NCBI GenBank assembly: GCA_017654855.1
Contig: CM030332.1
Coordinates: forward strand, 2,852,001 to 2,916,000
Reading direction: 5' to 3'
From: Podospora anserina
Taxonomy: Eukaryota
Length of the DNA: 64,000 bases
The position numbers and the translations under genes are program-made. The first letter of the stretch is position 1. Each line of letters opens with the position of its first letter. This document shows positions 62,976 through 64,000 of this stretch, piece after piece. The notes under the pieces are model-generated. The model ran no database searches and had not been told where the DNA came from. It saw only the letters and a list, made by a program, of their open reading frames with translations.

Positions 62976-63816
62976 ATGGCGGGGTTATTCAAGCGAGTGT
63001 ACGACTGGCTGTTACGGACCTTCTGGTAAGCTGCGCACCTCCATGCATCCCGCGCCCCCGAGCTGCTGCGGGGCTTTTCCGTCTCTAAGCTCGTCGACGA
63101 CGGCGACGGCGCATCAGGAGAACCCGGAGCTGACACAACCTCCAGGGCCACCGAAATGGACGTCACCATGATCGGTCTGCAGAATGCGGGCAAAACATCT
63201 CTGCTTCGGGTGCTGTCGGTAAGCAAGACCCAAAACCTACCTCCCCGGTACATGTGATGCTGATGACCTCTGCTTGCGCACAGGGCGGAGAGTTTGCCAT
63301 AGAGTAAGTTGTTGACCACCAAGCAACCTTCCCACCCCTCCACGACCTCGATGCAACATCTTGTGCCCAGTTTCTCCAAATATCTCCCGGCTGACCATTC
63401 CTCGCAGCTCGATACCGACAGTGGGCTTCAACATGAAGCGGTTGCAACGGGGGCATGTGACGCTCAAGTGCTGGGACTTGGGTGGGCAACCCCGCTTCCG
63501 TCCAATGTGGGAGCGATATTGCCGGAATGTCAACGCTATCGTGTTCATTGTCGATATTGCCGACGTGGATGTGCTTCCCATGGCCCGCGAAGAGCTACAC
63601 TCATTAATGAGCCAGCCAAGCCTGGATGGCATTCCATTGCTTGTTCTCGGAAACAAGTCGGATCTTCCAAACAAGCTCACCGTGGATGAGCTCATTGACG
63701 CCATGGATCTCAAGAACATTGCGCATCGAGAGGTGTCGTGCTATGGCATCTCGGCAAAGGAGGAAACCAATCTGGAGGCGGTTCTCCAGTGGCTGATGAA
63801 GTTTGCCAACAGGTGA
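62976..63816 (+). CDS. ARL8: Arf-like small GTPase Arl8 family
   Basis: Exons 62976-63025, 63146-63218, 63284-63303, 63408-63816; GLQNAGKTS, IPTVGFNM, WDLGGQPRFRPMWERYCR, GNKSD. Confidence 0.9.
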
Positions 63817-64000
63817 GCCATCTCATTTCTGACATGGACCATTTGTCATTGTGGACATCTGGCGAGGTTGGATTCAGTTGGCTTGTTCACTGTGTGGACT
63901 CGAAGGGACGTCCGTTTCATCGTTTTCGCCCGGCATTTTCGTGAAGAAAAGGTTCATCTGGGGGGGCGACGACCGACTCAGAACTGACGTTCCAATTCGC

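Overview
Gene-dense eukaryotic DNA from a filamentous ascomycete. The short GT-AG introns with CTAAC/CTGAC branch sites, the ham-8 orthologue and the codon usage suggest Sordariales, Podospora-like (inference). I reconstructed about 24 spliced protein genes by hand, mostly housekeeping: eIF3m, DPH4, 14-3-3, ATPase inhibitor INH1, NSP1, a Laa2/aftiphilin-like protein, eIF2-gamma, ham-8, URA6, MRPL25, PRP28, a mitochondrial ornithine carrier, TSPO, ARS2/SERRATE, CCT4, RPT1, a Cys-rich zinc-finger protein, SF3B6/p14, a STIMATE/YPL162C-like membrane protein, a secreted tyrosinase, RPA135, an F-box-like protein and ARL8. I saw no tRNA, rRNA, CRISPR array or recognisable transposon. The most notable observations are: (1) an otherwise intact F-box-like gene broken by a single in-frame TAG, a candidate for A-to-I stop-codon repair versus a young pseudogene; (2) related degenerate 20-21 bp periodic arrays next to several housekeeping promoters; (3) a fungal protein with a SIVA1-like Cys pattern; (4) a strongly self-complementary segment in the long INH1 intron; (5) a natural His6-Gln6 tract on the secreted tyrosinase; (6) candidate isoform switches in URA6, SF3B6, eIF3m and the Laa2-like gene. 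All family assignments are from recognised motifs; no searches were run.
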